DNA from: a virus
UHGV virus genome: UHGV-0256785
Length of the DNA stretch: 26,660 nucleotides
Direction: 5' to 3' (one strand)
Part shown: piece after piece, positions 7,402 through 16,807 of the stretch
Position numbering within the stretch: position 1 is the stretch's first letter
How the letters are laid out: every line of letters begins with the position of its first letter
Made by a program: the position numbers and the translations under genes
Notes under the pieces: generated by a model
Told to the model about the DNA's origin: nothing
Seen by the model: the letters and a program-made list of their open reading frames with translations, nothing else
The model's database searches: none

Positions 7402-7585
7402 CGCGGAAAACGGCTGATTTTTGAATTTTCATGGCGGCGGCAGCATGTGTGATAATTCATTGATAATTAAAAATTATTTCCGCTTTCACCTGTACAATCT
7501 TTTTTTCTCCCTGTCATTAGACCAGTTTGTAATTAATTGAAATATATAAATAAATATGGTTTTCACCTGCCAGATGGAGTTGCCT

Positions 7586-8122
7586 ATGTCAAATGTGATT
7601 GGGATCGGTGATGCTTATCACTGGAGTGTTTTTAAAATCGCCGAGGCTTTTGGGCTTCATCGGGACACAGTAAAAAAACGTCTCCTCGCAGCCAACACTC
7701 CTGTGGCTGCAACTGTCAAAGGAAACCCCGTTTATGCCCTGCAGCATGCCGGCCCTGCCCTGTTTGGCCCGAAACATGAGGCAGTAGACTCTGTTCATGA
7801 TCCATCCCGGATGGAGCCGAAAGAGAGAAAGGACTGGTACCAGTCTGAAAATGAAAGGATCAAGCTGGAAAAGGAACAGCGAAAACTCATCCCTGTCGAT
7901 GAAGTGGTCATCGTCTATTCATCCATGAGAAAGGCTGTTGTTCAGGTTCTGGAGACCATTCCGGATATTCTGGAACGCGATTGCGCCCTGACTCCTCAGG
8001 CTGTTGGTGTCGTACAGCAGGCCATTGATGACCTGCGATACACCCTTCAGGAAAAATCCTACGAGGCCTGTGCTGCTGAATTAATTTCTGATGAGGAAGG
8101 AGAGAGTCTCGAGGAGGAATAA
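7586..8122 (+). CDS. terminase small subunit (Nu1-like, N-terminal winged HTH)
   Basis: GGAG at 7576-7579 then ATG 7586; acidic C-terminus; stop overlaps the ATG of the large subunit (TAATG). Confidence 0.8.
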   Translation: MSNVIGIGDAYHWSVFKIAEAFGLHRDTVKKRLLAANTPVAATVKGNPVYALQHAGPALFGPKHEAVDSVHDPSRMEPKERKDWYQSENERIKLEKEQRKLIPVDEVVIVYSSMRKAVVQVLETIPDILERDCALTPQAVGVVQQAIDDLRYTLQEKSYEACAAELISDEEGESLEEE

Positions 8123-10221
8123 TGGGTTTTTCATCAGCCCGAAACCTTGGCAGGGACATATCTGCAGGATTTTCCCCACCACGTCGTATGCCGATTTCGG
8201 AGGCTGTTAAAAAATTCATGCGTGTTCCCAAAGGGGCTGGTAACTCGGTACCATGGGATCCTGAACTGACACCCTACATCATTGAGCCCATGAACTGCCT
8301 GGCATCGCGTGAATACGATGCGGTGATTTTTGTTGGCCCTGCGCGGACAGGGAAGACCATCGGTCTGATCGATGGATGGATTGTCTATACCATCGTTTGC
8401 GATCCTTCGGACATGCTCGTCGTGCAGATGACCGAAGATAAGGCCCGCGAGCATTCTAAAAAGCGGCTCGACAGAACGTTCAGAAGTAGTGCGGCGGTAA
8501 AGAAAAGAATGAGTCCACGTCGTAACGACAATAATGTCCATGATAAGACGTTCAAGGATGGCTCGTTCCTTAAAATTGGTTGGCCCTCGGTCAACATTAT
8601 GTCGTCGTCGGATTACCGGTTTGTCGCCTTAACCGATTACGACCGTTTTCCGGAGAATATCGACAGCGAGGGTGATGGTTTCTCCCTGGCCTCAAAACGT
8701 ACCACCACATTTATGTCCGCCGGAATGACTCTGGTGGAGAGCTCGCCGGGACGTGACATCTGTGACAGCAAATGGCGACGTAAGTCGCCCCATGAAGCGC
8801 CACCGACGACCGGTATTCTTTCCCTTTACAATCGTGGTGATCGCCGCCGCTGGTACTGGCCATGTCCGCACTGCGGTGAATATTTTCAGCCAGCCATGGA
8901 TACCATGACCGGCTATCGGGATGAACCAGATCCCTTTAAAGCCAGTGAGGCAGCGTATCTACTTTGCCCGCACTGCAGCGGCGTTATCACTGCGGATAAA
9001 AAGCGTGAGCTCAATAGTGCAGGAGTCTGGTTGCGTGAAGGTCAGGACATTGATTGTAACGGCAACGTTTCCGGTGAACCGCGCCGCTCCCGTATCGCCA
9101 GTTTTTGGATGGAGGGGCCCGCTGCCGCTTATCAGACCTGGGCGCAACTGATTTATAAGTTGTTGACCGCCGAACAGGAATACGAGGCAACCGGAAGCGA
9201 AGAAACACTCAAGACGGTTATCAATACCGACTGGGGATTACCTTATCTTCCCCGCGCCAGCATGGAGCAACGAAAAAGTGAACTGCTTGAGCAGCGGGCA
9301 GAGCCAGTTCCTTCCCGCAGTGTGCCGGATGGCGTTAATTTCCTTGTAGCGACAGTGGATGTGCAGGCGGGACGCCATCGCCGTTTTGTGGTTCAGGTAA
9401 CGGGCTATGGTAGTCGCGGCGAGCGCTGGATAGTTGATCGTTACAACATCACGCAGTCTCTGCGTTGTGACAATAACGGAGAAAGCCTGCGTATTGATCC
9501 CGCCGGTTATCCGGAAGACTGGGATGTTCTGCTGACGGATGTTTTTCATAAAGGCTGGCCGCTGGTTTCTGACTCTTCTCAGCGCATGCGGGTAATGGCA
9601 ATGGCGGTGGACTCCGGCGGTGAAGACGGGGTTACCGATAATGCCTATAAATTCTGGCGTCGTTGCCGTCTTGATGGTCTTGGCAAGCGTATTTACCTGT
9701 TTAAGGGCGACAGTATCCGACGTGCAAAACTGATAACCCGTACATTTCCGGATAACACCGGACGAACGGGGCGACGGGCGCAGGCTGCGGGTGATGTGCC
9801 TCTCTGGCTTCTTCAGACTGACGTTCTGAAAGACCGGGTTAATAACGCGTTATGGCGTGATTCTCCCGGTCCTGGCTATGTGCATTTTCCCGACTGGCTG
9901 GGGAGCTGGTTTTACGACGAACTGACGTATGAAGAGCGGAGCAGTGACGGGAAATGGAGTAAGCCGGGGCGCGGTGCGAACGAAGCCTTTGACCTGATGG
10001 TGTATGCCGAGGCGCTGGTCATTCTGCATGGGTACGAGAAAATTCAGTGGCCTGATGCGCCGGAGTGGGCGTACCGGGAAACCTGGCTGGAGTGTGTCAG
10101 TGACAACGCGGAGCCACCTGTTCTGCCGGAGCCGGAACGTCTCCCGGCCAGAAAAAAGAAACGAAAAAAAATGGCACCCGATGAGGATAACCCCTGGGTG
10201 ACATCCGGAGGATGGTTATGA
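8122..10221 (+). CDS. terminase large subunit (lambda GpA family)
   Basis: 699 aa; Walker A VGPARTGKT; zinc-ribbon-like CPHCGEYF...CPHCSGV; GAGGAGG RBS. Confidence 0.9.
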   Translation: MGFSSARNLGRDISAGFSPPRRMPISEAVKKFMRVPKGAGNSVPWDPELTPYIIEPMNCLASREYDAVIFVGPARTGKTIGLIDGWIVYTIVCDPSDMLVVQMTEDKAREHSKKRLDRTFRSSAAVKKRMSPRRNDNNVHDKTFKDGSFLKIGWPSVNIMSSSDYRFVALTDYDRFPENIDSEGDGFSLASKRTTTFMSAGMTLVESSPGRDICDSKWRRKSPHEAPPTTGILSLYNRGDRRRWYWPCPHCGEYFQPAMDTMTGYRDEPDPFKASEAAYLLCPHCSGVITADKKRELNSAGVWLREGQDIDCNGNVSGEPRRSRIASFWMEGPAAAYQTWAQLIYKLLTAEQEYEATGSEETLKTVINTDWGLPYLPRASMEQRKSELLEQRAEPVPSRSVPDGVNFLVATVDVQAGRHRRFVVQVTGYGSRGERWIVDRYNITQSLRCDNNGESLRIDPAGYPEDWDVLLTDVFHKGWPLVSDSSQRMRVMAMAVDSGGEDGVTDNAYKFWRRCRLDGLGKRIYLFKGDSIRRAKLITRTFPDNTGRTGRRAQAAGDVPLWLLQTDVLKDRVNNALWRDSPGPGYVHFPDWLGSWFYDELTYEERSSDGKWSKPGRGANEAFDLMVYAEALVILHGYEKIQWPDAPEWAYRETWLECVSDNAEPPVLPEPERLPARKKKRKKMAPDEDNPWVTSGGWL

Positions 10222-10430
10222 ATCAGAATGATATTGAAGCCATGATCCAGCGTTATATTGATGCGGAAATGGCTGTGCTGGACGGAAAATCCGTCACCTT
10301 TAATGGTCAGCAGATGACCATGGAAAATTTATCTGAGATCCGGCAGGGGCGGCAGGAGTGGGAGCGCCGCCTTGTGGCTCTGACCGTGCGGCGACGGGGG
10401 GATCCGGGGTATAAACTGGCGAGGTTCTGA
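10218..10430 (+). CDS. head-tail joining protein (lambda gpW-like)
   Basis: ~70 aa; GGAGG at 10207-10211 favours ATG 10218 over the track start 10212; C-terminal RRRGDPGY resembles the gpW C-terminus; stop overlaps the portal start. Confidence 0.7.
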   Translation: MNQNDIEAMIQRYIDAEMAVLDGKSVTFNGQQMTMENLSEIRQGRQEWERRLVALTVRRRGDPGYKLARF

Positions 10431-11935
10431 TGGCAATTCTTGATGATGTGATTGGTGTTTTTTCTCCCGGCTGGAAAGCTGCGAGGTTGCGATCAAGAGC
10501 GTTAATCCGCGCTTATGAGGCCGTGAAACCCACCCGCACACACAAAGCCCGACGGGAAAACCGTTCTGCCGACCAGCTCAGTAAGTACGGGGCGGTTTCC
10601 CTGCGGGAACAGGCCCGTTTTCTGGACATCAATCATGACCTGGTAATCGGTGTTTTCGACAAACTTGAGGAGCGGGTGATTGGTGCAAAGGGGATCATTG
10701 TTGAACCACAACCATTACTGAAAAATGGTGATATGGCTACAGAGCTGGCAATGATTATCCGTCGTTTGTGGGCGGAATGGTCTGTCAGTCCGGATGTGAC
10801 CGGGCAGCATACGCGCCCCATGCTCGAACGTCTGCTGTTGCGTACCTGGTTACGTGATGGAGAAGTGTTTGCCCAGATGGTCAGAGGCGCAGGTGCCGGG
10901 CTGGCGCGGATTGCCGGTGTGCCTTTCTGGCTCGAGGCAATGGAGCCGGATTTTGTGCCCATGCTCAGTGATGAGTCTGCGGGAATGAATCAGGGGGTTT
11001 TTCTGGATGAATGGGGCAGGCCGAAAAAATACCTGGTTTATAAAAATTATCCGGTTACCGGGCGACAGAGTGAAACCAAAGAGATCGCCGCTGAAAATAT
11101 GGTGCATCTGAAGTTTACCCGCCGCCTTCATCAGACGCGTGGCACATCCATGTTGTCAGGTGTGCTGATGCGGATCAGTGCGCTTAAGGAATATGAAGAT
11201 GCTGAGCTGGTAGCGGCGCGCATTGCTGCGGCACTGGGGCTGTATATTCGTAAAGGAGACGGGCAGGATTATGAGGAACCTGTGACGAATAAAGATAATG
11301 ATCGGGAACTGCATATCACTCCCGGCATTATTTATGACGATCTGCGTAAGGGGGAAGATATTGGCATGGTCAAATCTGATCGGCCTAACCCTAATCTGGA
11401 AACTTTTCGTAATGGTCAGTTGCGGGCCATGGCGGCGGGCACTCGTCTGAGTTTTTCCAGTGCAGCACGTAACTATAACGGTACCTACAGTTCCCAGCGA
11501 CAGGAGCTGGTTGAGTCCACCGATGGCTATCTGATCCTGCAGGACTGTTTTATTGGTGCTGTAACCCGTCCGGTGTACCGGGCATGGCTGAATATGGTGG
11601 TTGCCGCGGGGTTGCTGAAAATTCCGTCGGATGTGGATATAAAAACATTATATAACGCAACATATTCTGGTCCGGTCATGCCGTGGATTGATCCTGTCAA
11701 GGAAGCTGAAGCCTGGAAAATCCAGATTCGTGGTGGTGCGGCAACAGAATCAGACTGGGTGCGCGCCTGTGGTCGTAATCCGGATGATGTTAAACGTCGG
11801 CGCAAGGCCGAAATTGATGAAAACCGCAGGCTGGATCTGGTGTTTGATACCGATCCGGCCTGCGATAAAGGAGGTGGTAATGCTGAAACAGAACGCGTGG
11901 TTTCGCGGCGAACCGAAGGCCAGCCTGAAGAATAA
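10430..11935 (+). CDS. portal protein (lambda gpB family)
   Basis: 501 aa; position between W and the prohead protease; start overlaps the W stop (TGATG). Confidence 0.85.
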   Translation: MAILDDVIGVFSPGWKAARLRSRALIRAYEAVKPTRTHKARRENRSADQLSKYGAVSLREQARFLDINHDLVIGVFDKLEERVIGAKGIIVEPQPLLKNGDMATELAMIIRRLWAEWSVSPDVTGQHTRPMLERLLLRTWLRDGEVFAQMVRGAGAGLARIAGVPFWLEAMEPDFVPMLSDESAGMNQGVFLDEWGRPKKYLVYKNYPVTGRQSETKEIAAENMVHLKFTRRLHQTRGTSMLSGVLMRISALKEYEDAELVAARIAAALGLYIRKGDGQDYEEPVTNKDNDRELHITPGIIYDDLRKGEDIGMVKSDRPNPNLETFRNGQLRAMAAGTRLSFSSAARNYNGTYSSQRQELVESTDGYLILQDCFIGAVTRPVYRAWLNMVVAAGLLKIPSDVDIKTLYNATYSGPVMPWIDPVKEAEAWKIQIRGGAATESDWVRACGRNPDDVKRRRKAEIDENRRLDLVFDTDPACDKGGGNAETERVVSRRTEGQPEE

Positions 11936-13940
11936 TTCCTGGTTCAGAATGAAGGCGGGTCATAAAAGTGACGCAGATATTTATATCTATGACGAGATTG
12001 GTTTCTGGGGAGTTACGGCGAAGCAGTTTGTCAGCGATCTGAATGCGCTGGGTAATATCACCCACATTAATCTCCATATCAATTCACCGGGTGGCGATGT
12101 CTTTGAAGGCATCGCCATTTTTAATGCGCTGAAAAATCATGGGGCGTCCATCACTGTTTATGTGGATGGTGTCGCGGCATCCATGGCATCGGTCATTGCA
12201 ATGGTGGGTGATCCCGTCATCATGCCGGAAAACGCATTCATGATGATCCATAAACCATGGGGAGTGAGTGGTGGCGATGCGGATGATATGCGTGATTATG
12301 CCGACCTGCTTGATAAAGTTGAGTCGGTCCTGTTGCCTGCTTATGCGCAGAAAACCGGGAAAACCACCGATGAAATTGCTGCCATGCTGGCGGATGAAAC
12401 CTGGATGTCCGGTGCCGAATGTCTGGCACACGGATTTGCTGACCAGGTGACACCGGAAGTTAAGGCAATGGCATGTATTCAGTCAAAACGTACAGAGGAA
12501 TTTAAAAAAATGCCGGAATCCATTCGAAATATGATTATTCCGCCACGCAACAGTGCAACGCGTGAACCTGAAAACAAAAATACTGCATCTCAGACACAGG
12601 ATCAGACTACGGCTCCGGTTGCCACAACCGCGACTACCACAAATGCACCTTCCACAGATGAAAGCAGTATCCGTGCGCAGGTACTGGCAGAGCAAAAAGC
12701 ACGTGTGAGTGGTATTAATGAACTGTTTGGTATGTTTGGCGGGCGCTATCAGACATTGCAGGCCAGTTGTCTTTCCGATCCGGAGTGCTCGCTTGAGCAG
12801 GCCCGTGAGAAATTACTTAACGAAATGGGTAAGGAATTTTCACCATCAAATAAAAATACCCCGGCCCATATTTATGCTGGCAACGGTAATTTTGTGGGGG
12901 ACGGGATCCGTCAGGCGCTGATGGCGCGTGCCGGATTTGCTGAGCGTGAACAGGATAACGTCTATAACGGGATGACCCTGCGTGAATATGCCCGAATGTC
13001 ACTGACAGAACGGGGGATTGGGGTTTCCGGGTATAACCCAATGCAGATGGTCGGGGCAGCGTTCACGCACAGTACGTCTGATTTTGGTAATATTCTGCTG
13101 GATGTCGCGAACAAAGCCATTCTGCAGGGATGGGAAGAAGCCCCTGAGACTTACGAACAGTGGACCCGGAAAGGTCAGCTGTCTGATTTTAAAATTGCTC
13201 ATCGTGTGGGGATGGGGGGCTTCAGTTCTCTGCGTCAGGTGCGAGAAGGGGCGGAATATAAGTACGTCACCACCGGAGATAAACAGGCCACGATTGCACT
13301 GGCGACTTATGGTGAACTGTTCAGCATCACCCGTCAGGCCATTATCAACGATGATCTGAATATGCTGACCGATGTTCCGATGAAACTGGGGCGTGCGGCA
13401 AAATCCACGATTGCCGATCTGGTTTATGCCATTCTGACGTCTAATCCGAAGATCTCCACGGATAATGTGAACCTGTTCGATAAAACGAAACATGCAAACG
13501 TACTGGAGAACGCTGCAATGGACGTGGCATCACTGGATAAAGCTCGCCAGTTGATGCGCGTTCAGAAAGAGGGGGAGCGTCATCTGAATATTCGTCCTGC
13601 GTTCGTACTGGTACCGACAGCGATGGAGTCTGTTGCTAACCAGGTCATTCGCTCCTCAAGTGTCAAGGGGGCTGACATTAACGCCGGTATTATTAACCCG
13701 GTGAAAGATTTTGCGATCGTTATTGCAGAGCCTCGTCTTGATGATAACAGCCAGAGCACCTTCTACCTGGCTGCGTCCAGAGGCTCCGATACGATTGAAG
13801 TGGCTTATCTCAACGGTGTGGATACGCCATATATTGATCAGATGGAGGGCTTCAGTGTGGATGGCGTGACAACGAAAGTGCGTATTGACGCTGGTGTCGC
13901 GCCAGTTGATCACCGCGGTCTGGTGAAATGTACGGCGTAA
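11880..13940 (+). CDS. prohead protease (ClpP/S49-like) fused to a major capsid protein domain, 686 aa; start at 11880 preferred, 11949 possible
   Basis: N-terminal ADIYIYDEIGFWG...INSPGGDVFEG...MASVIAMVGD...HKPWG protease motifs; Thr/Ala/Pro-rich linker; C-terminal ~300 aa capsid-like; AAGGAGGTGGTAATG initiation region; the track ORF from 11688 is an in-frame upstream extension inside the portal gene. Confidence 0.75.
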   Translation: MLKQNAWFRGEPKASLKNNSWFRMKAGHKSDADIYIYDEIGFWGVTAKQFVSDLNALGNITHINLHINSPGGDVFEGIAIFNALKNHGASITVYVDGVAASMASVIAMVGDPVIMPENAFMMIHKPWGVSGGDADDMRDYADLLDKVESVLLPAYAQKTGKTTDEIAAMLADETWMSGAECLAHGFADQVTPEVKAMACIQSKRTEEFKKMPESIRNMIIPPRNSATREPENKNTASQTQDQTTAPVATTATTTNAPSTDESSIRAQVLAEQKARVSGINELFGMFGGRYQTLQASCLSDPECSLEQAREKLLNEMGKEFSPSNKNTPAHIYAGNGNFVGDGIRQALMARAGFAEREQDNVYNGMTLREYARMSLTERGIGVSGYNPMQMVGAAFTHSTSDFGNILLDVANKAILQGWEEAPETYEQWTRKGQLSDFKIAHRVGMGGFSSLRQVREGAEYKYVTTGDKQATIALATYGELFSITRQAIINDDLNMLTDVPMKLGRAAKSTIADLVYAILTSNPKISTDNVNLFDKTKHANVLENAAMDVASLDKARQLMRVQKEGERHLNIRPAFVLVPTAMESVANQVIRSSSVKGADINAGIINPVKDFAIVIAEPRLDDNSQSTFYLAASRGSDTIEVAYLNGVDTPYIDQMEGFSVDGVTTKVRIDAGVAPVDHRGLVKCTA

Positions 13941-13964
13941 ACGTCGCAGACAACAACTCAGATG

Positions 13965-13983
13965 GCCCGTAAGGGCTTTTTTT
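13965..13983 (+). terminator. weak intrinsic terminator or attenuator after the capsid gene
   Basis: Short stem GCCC (13965-13968) / GGGC (13973-13976), loop GTAA, T7 run 13977-13983. Confidence 0.45.
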
Positions 13984-14026
13984 GTACCTGAAATCAGCCC
14001 CACTCAGGGGCTGTGTGGAGACAGTT

Positions 14027-14350
14027 ATGGCAAAGAATTTTGTAGAAGAAGGAAAAACGGTGGCGATTGTTGCTGGTGCAAATATCAGTAGCGGAGAACT
14101 GGTGCAGGTGGGCGATATTTTTGCGGTGGCACTGACCGATATTGCGAAAGGCGAAACGGGAGATGGTATCGCTGAAGGCGTATTTATGTTGCCGAAGCTG
14201 AAAACGGATGACATGAAAACGGGTAAGAAGGTTTATCTGAAGTCCGGAAAAGTTCAGCTGACTAACAGCGGCTCTGATCCGCTGGTCGGGGTTGTCTGGG
14301 CAGATGCCGGAACCAGTGCAGAAGAAGTGCCGGTAAAACTCAATGTCTGA
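14027..14350 (+). CDS. small head protein, DUF2190-like (possible decoration or capsid accessory)
   Basis: GGAG at 14017-14020 then ATG 14027; 107 aa; sits directly after the capsid gene. Confidence 0.55.
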   Translation: MAKNFVEEGKTVAIVAGANISSGELVQVGDIFAVALTDIAKGETGDGIAEGVFMLPKLKTDDMKTGKKVYLKSGKVQLTNSGSDPLVGVVWADAGTSAEEVPVKLNV

Positions 14351-14618
14351 TCCCTTTTCCCGGCTGGCAGCGCGTATGGATGCGATCACGGTCAGAAAGA
14401 TGGGAAAGACAGCCTCGATTAATGATGTCGATATGACAGTGATCCCGGGAGAAACACTGGCAGAGCTGAATGCTCTGTCCGGACCTGCGGTCTCTCTGGT
14501 GGTGTTTTCTTCGGGATACCGCCCACGGCGCGGGGATCGCGTTGTTTATGACGGACAACAATGGACGGTCACACGGCATGAACGCTTTAACGGTAAGCCA
14601 ATGATCTTTATTGAGTAA
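14343..14618 (+). CDS. head-tail connector, lambda gpFII-like
   Basis: 91 aa; RRGDRVVYDGQQWTV resembles the FII motif RRGDTLTIGEENFWV; overlaps the upstream stop. Confidence 0.6.
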   Translation: MSDPFSRLAARMDAITVRKMGKTASINDVDMTVIPGETLAELNALSGPAVSLVVFSSGYRPRRGDRVVYDGQQWTVTRHERFNGKPMIFIE

Positions 14619-14629
14619 AGAGGTGTGGG

Positions 14630-15208
14630 ATGAAGGGGCTTGAGAATGCCATCCGCAATCTGAACAGCCTTGATACCCGTATGGTGCCACAGGCCAGCGC
14701 ATGGGCGATAAACCGTGTGGCGCAGAAAGCGGTCTCGGTTGCCACCCGGCAGGTTGCCGGGAATACCGTTGCGGGAGATAACCAGGTGAAAGGGATACCC
14801 CTGAAACTGGTACGTCAGCGTGTCCGGGTGTTTAAAGCCAGTCCGTCAGGAAAAATGACGGCCAGGATCCGCGTTAACCGGGGCAACCTGCCCGCCATTA
14901 AGCTGGGGACGGCCCGGGTCAGACTGGCCCGGCGTGGTGGAAAACTGCAGTACCGTGGCAGTGTGCTGAAGGTGGGTAAATATCTTTTCCGGGATGCGTT
15001 TATTCAGCAGCTGGCGAATGGTCGCTGGCATGTGATGCGGCGTATTGATGGCAAAAATCGTTACCCCATTGATGTGGTGAAAGTCCCGCTGTCCGGACCG
15101 CTGACACAGGCATTTGAAGATGCCCGCGACCGCATCATTACTGCGGAAATGCCGAAACAGCTGGGGTATGCACTGAAACAACAACTGAGGTTATGGCTGA
15201 CACGATGA
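14630..15208 (+). CDS. Z: minor tail protein Z
   Basis: 192 aa; AAAGAGGTG RBS; gene order and size as lambda Z. Confidence 0.75.
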   Translation: MKGLENAIRNLNSLDTRMVPQASAWAINRVAQKAVSVATRQVAGNTVAGDNQVKGIPLKLVRQRVRVFKASPSGKMTARIRVNRGNLPAIKLGTARVRLARRGGKLQYRGSVLKVGKYLFRDAFIQQLANGRWHVMRRIDGKNRYPIDVVKVPLSGPLTQAFEDARDRIITAEMPKQLGYALKQQLRLWLTR

Positions 15209-15606
15209 ACCGACATACACAAATCCGCCAGGTCGTACTGGCACGCCTTCGGGAACAGTGTGGAGACAGCGCCACGTTTTTTGACGGGCTTCCGGCATTT
15301 GTTGATGCGCAGGAACTGCCTGCCGTGGCGGTGTGGCTGAGTGATGCACAGTACACCGGAAAAATGACGGATGAAGATGACTGGCAGGCTGTTCTGCATA
15401 TTGCCGTCTTCATCCGGGCACAGGCGCCGGATTCGGAGCTGGATACGTGGATGGAGAGCACCATTTTTCCGGCCCTGAGTGATATGCCGGCCCTTTCCGG
15501 ACTCATCGACACCCTGAACCCACTCGGTTTTAACTATCAACGTGATAATGAGATGGCCACCTGGGCGATGGCGGAAATCACGTACCAGATCACGTACACG
15601 AATTAA
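15193..15606 (+). CDS. U: tail terminator protein U
   Basis: 137 aa; ATFFDG...PAVAVWL...YTG...WQAVLHI pattern parallels lambda gpU; overlaps the Z stop. Confidence 0.8.
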   Translation: MADTMNRHTQIRQVVLARLREQCGDSATFFDGLPAFVDAQELPAVAVWLSDAQYTGKMTDEDDWQAVLHIAVFIRAQAPDSELDTWMESTIFPALSDMPALSGLIDTLNPLGFNYQRDNEMATWAMAEITYQITYTN

Positions 15607-15616
15607 GGAGGTGGTA

Positions 15617-16360
15617 ATGACCACACCAAATCCACTGGCAAAGACGAAAGGTGCGGGGACGACGTTCTGGATGTATACCGGCAACGGCGATGCGTTTGCG
15701 AACCCTTTGTCGGACACTGACTGGCTGCGTCTTGCGATGGTGAAGGATCTGCAACCTGGCGAAATGACCGCTGATGCAGAAGATGACACTTATCTCGATG
15801 ATGAAGATGCAGACTGGAAAACGACAACCCAGGGGCAGAAATCCGTTGGTGATACTTCGGCGACGCTGGCCTGGCGTCCGGGTGACAGTGGGCAGAAAAA
15901 ACTGGTTCAGTTGTTCGACTCCGGTGAAGTCTGCGCGTTTCGTATCAAATATCCCAACGGCACTGTTGATGTTTTCCGCGGCTGGCTGAGCTCACTGGGG
16001 AAAACCATTGCCTCAAAAGACGTGATGACCCGCACTGTGAAAATCAGCGGTGTGGGGCGTCCGTATCTGGCAGAGAAAGGCACTGAAACCGTGAGCGTTA
16101 CCGGGCTGACGGTGGCACCGACATCTGCCAGTGTAAAAGAGGGAGCAACCACCACGCTGACCTTTACAGTAAAACCTGACGGAGCCAGTGACAAAGTGAT
16201 CAGTGTGCATTCGTCAGATCCACAGACTGCCACGGTGACCCTGAGCGGGCTTGTGGCCACGGTGAAAGGCGTGAAGCAGGGCAGTGTCAGCATTGTGGGC
16301 ATGACCGCTGACGGGAATTTTGTGGCTGTGGCTGCGGTGACTGTCAGCGCAGCAGGTTAA
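15617..16360 (+). CDS. V: major tail protein V with a C-terminal Ig-like (Big_2-type) domain
   Basis: TAAGGAGGTGGTAATG initiation region; the track ORF from 15542 is an upstream extension overlapping U; Thr/Val-rich C-terminal domain. Confidence 0.85.
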   Translation: MTTPNPLAKTKGAGTTFWMYTGNGDAFANPLSDTDWLRLAMVKDLQPGEMTADAEDDTYLDDEDADWKTTTQGQKSVGDTSATLAWRPGDSGQKKLVQLFDSGEVCAFRIKYPNGTVDVFRGWLSSLGKTIASKDVMTRTVKISGVGRPYLAEKGTETVSVTGLTVAPTSASVKEGATTTLTFTVKPDGASDKVISVHSSDPQTATVTLSGLVATVKGVKQGSVSIVGMTADGNFVAVAAVTVSAAG

Positions 16361-16380
16361 CAGGACGATACTCATCATTT

Positions 16381-16404
16381 GCCCCGGTTATCCGGGGCTT
16401 TTTT
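16381..16404 (+). terminator. intrinsic terminator after the major tail gene
   Basis: Stem GCCCCGG (16381-16387) / CCGGGGC (16392-16398), loop TTAT, T6 run. Confidence 0.65.
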
Positions 16405-16417
16405 GCAGGTGGAGAAC

Positions 16418-16807
16418 ATGATGCTTCTGAAACAGGGCACGTTTAATTATGAAAAACAGTCCGTGGTGCTCAGTGAGCTGTCCGGGCTGCAGAGAATTGA
16501 ATATCTGGCGTTTGTTCAGCAGCGAACGGCAAAGTTTGATGCACAGGAGGGAGAACTGCCGGAGGCTGAACGACAGATTGCTTTTCTGCGGATGGGGATG
16601 GATATCAATGCCTGGCTGGTTTCCCGCTCACTGTGGAATGCGGATCAGTCTCAGGATGTGGAGGCACTTTGCGCATCCGTTATTACAACATGGTCGTATG
16701 ATGCCCTCGGTGCGGGGGCGGAGATGGTTCTGTCGCTGAGCAGTATGGGGGCCATTGAGAATGCCGGGGATGATGATCATGAGGCGCTGACGCCGGAAAA
16801 GTCCTGA
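16418..16807 (+). CDS. G: tail assembly chaperone G
   Basis: ~129 aa; VVLSELSGLQRIEYLAF resembles the lambda G N-terminus; the track start 16379 (TTG) lies inside the terminator hairpin, so ATG 16418 or 16421 is preferred. Confidence 0.8.
   Translation: MMLLKQGTFNYEKQSVVLSELSGLQRIEYLAFVQQRTAKFDAQEGELPEAERQIAFLRMGMDINAWLVSRSLWNADQSQDVEALCASVITTWSYDALGAGAEMVLSLSSMGAIENAGDDDHEALTPEKS

Noticed and set aside
7069-7417. Minus-strand ORF 7069..7320 and + strand ORF 7226..7417 in the region upstream of cos
   Set aside because: Both overlap hairpins and the candidate cosN, neither has a convincing RBS, and the products have no recognisable features; the region is more plausibly a non-coding packaging and terminator region.
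11688-11879. Upstream extension of the capsid fusion ORF (track start 11688) and the similar extension of V (15542)
   Set aside because: The extensions lie inside the preceding genes in another frame and precede a strong Shine-Dalgarno plus ATG, so the internal starts are preferred.
15061-15789. Long minus-strand ORFs of 200-290 aa antisense to tail and head genes (15061..15789, 19043..19750, 20421..21302, 23352..23981, 24258..25040, 12999..13493)
   Set aside because: Each lies entirely inside a well-supported + strand structural gene, has no RBS context and a low-complexity Arg/Pro/Ser-rich product; these are typical antisense frames in GC-rich coding DNA.
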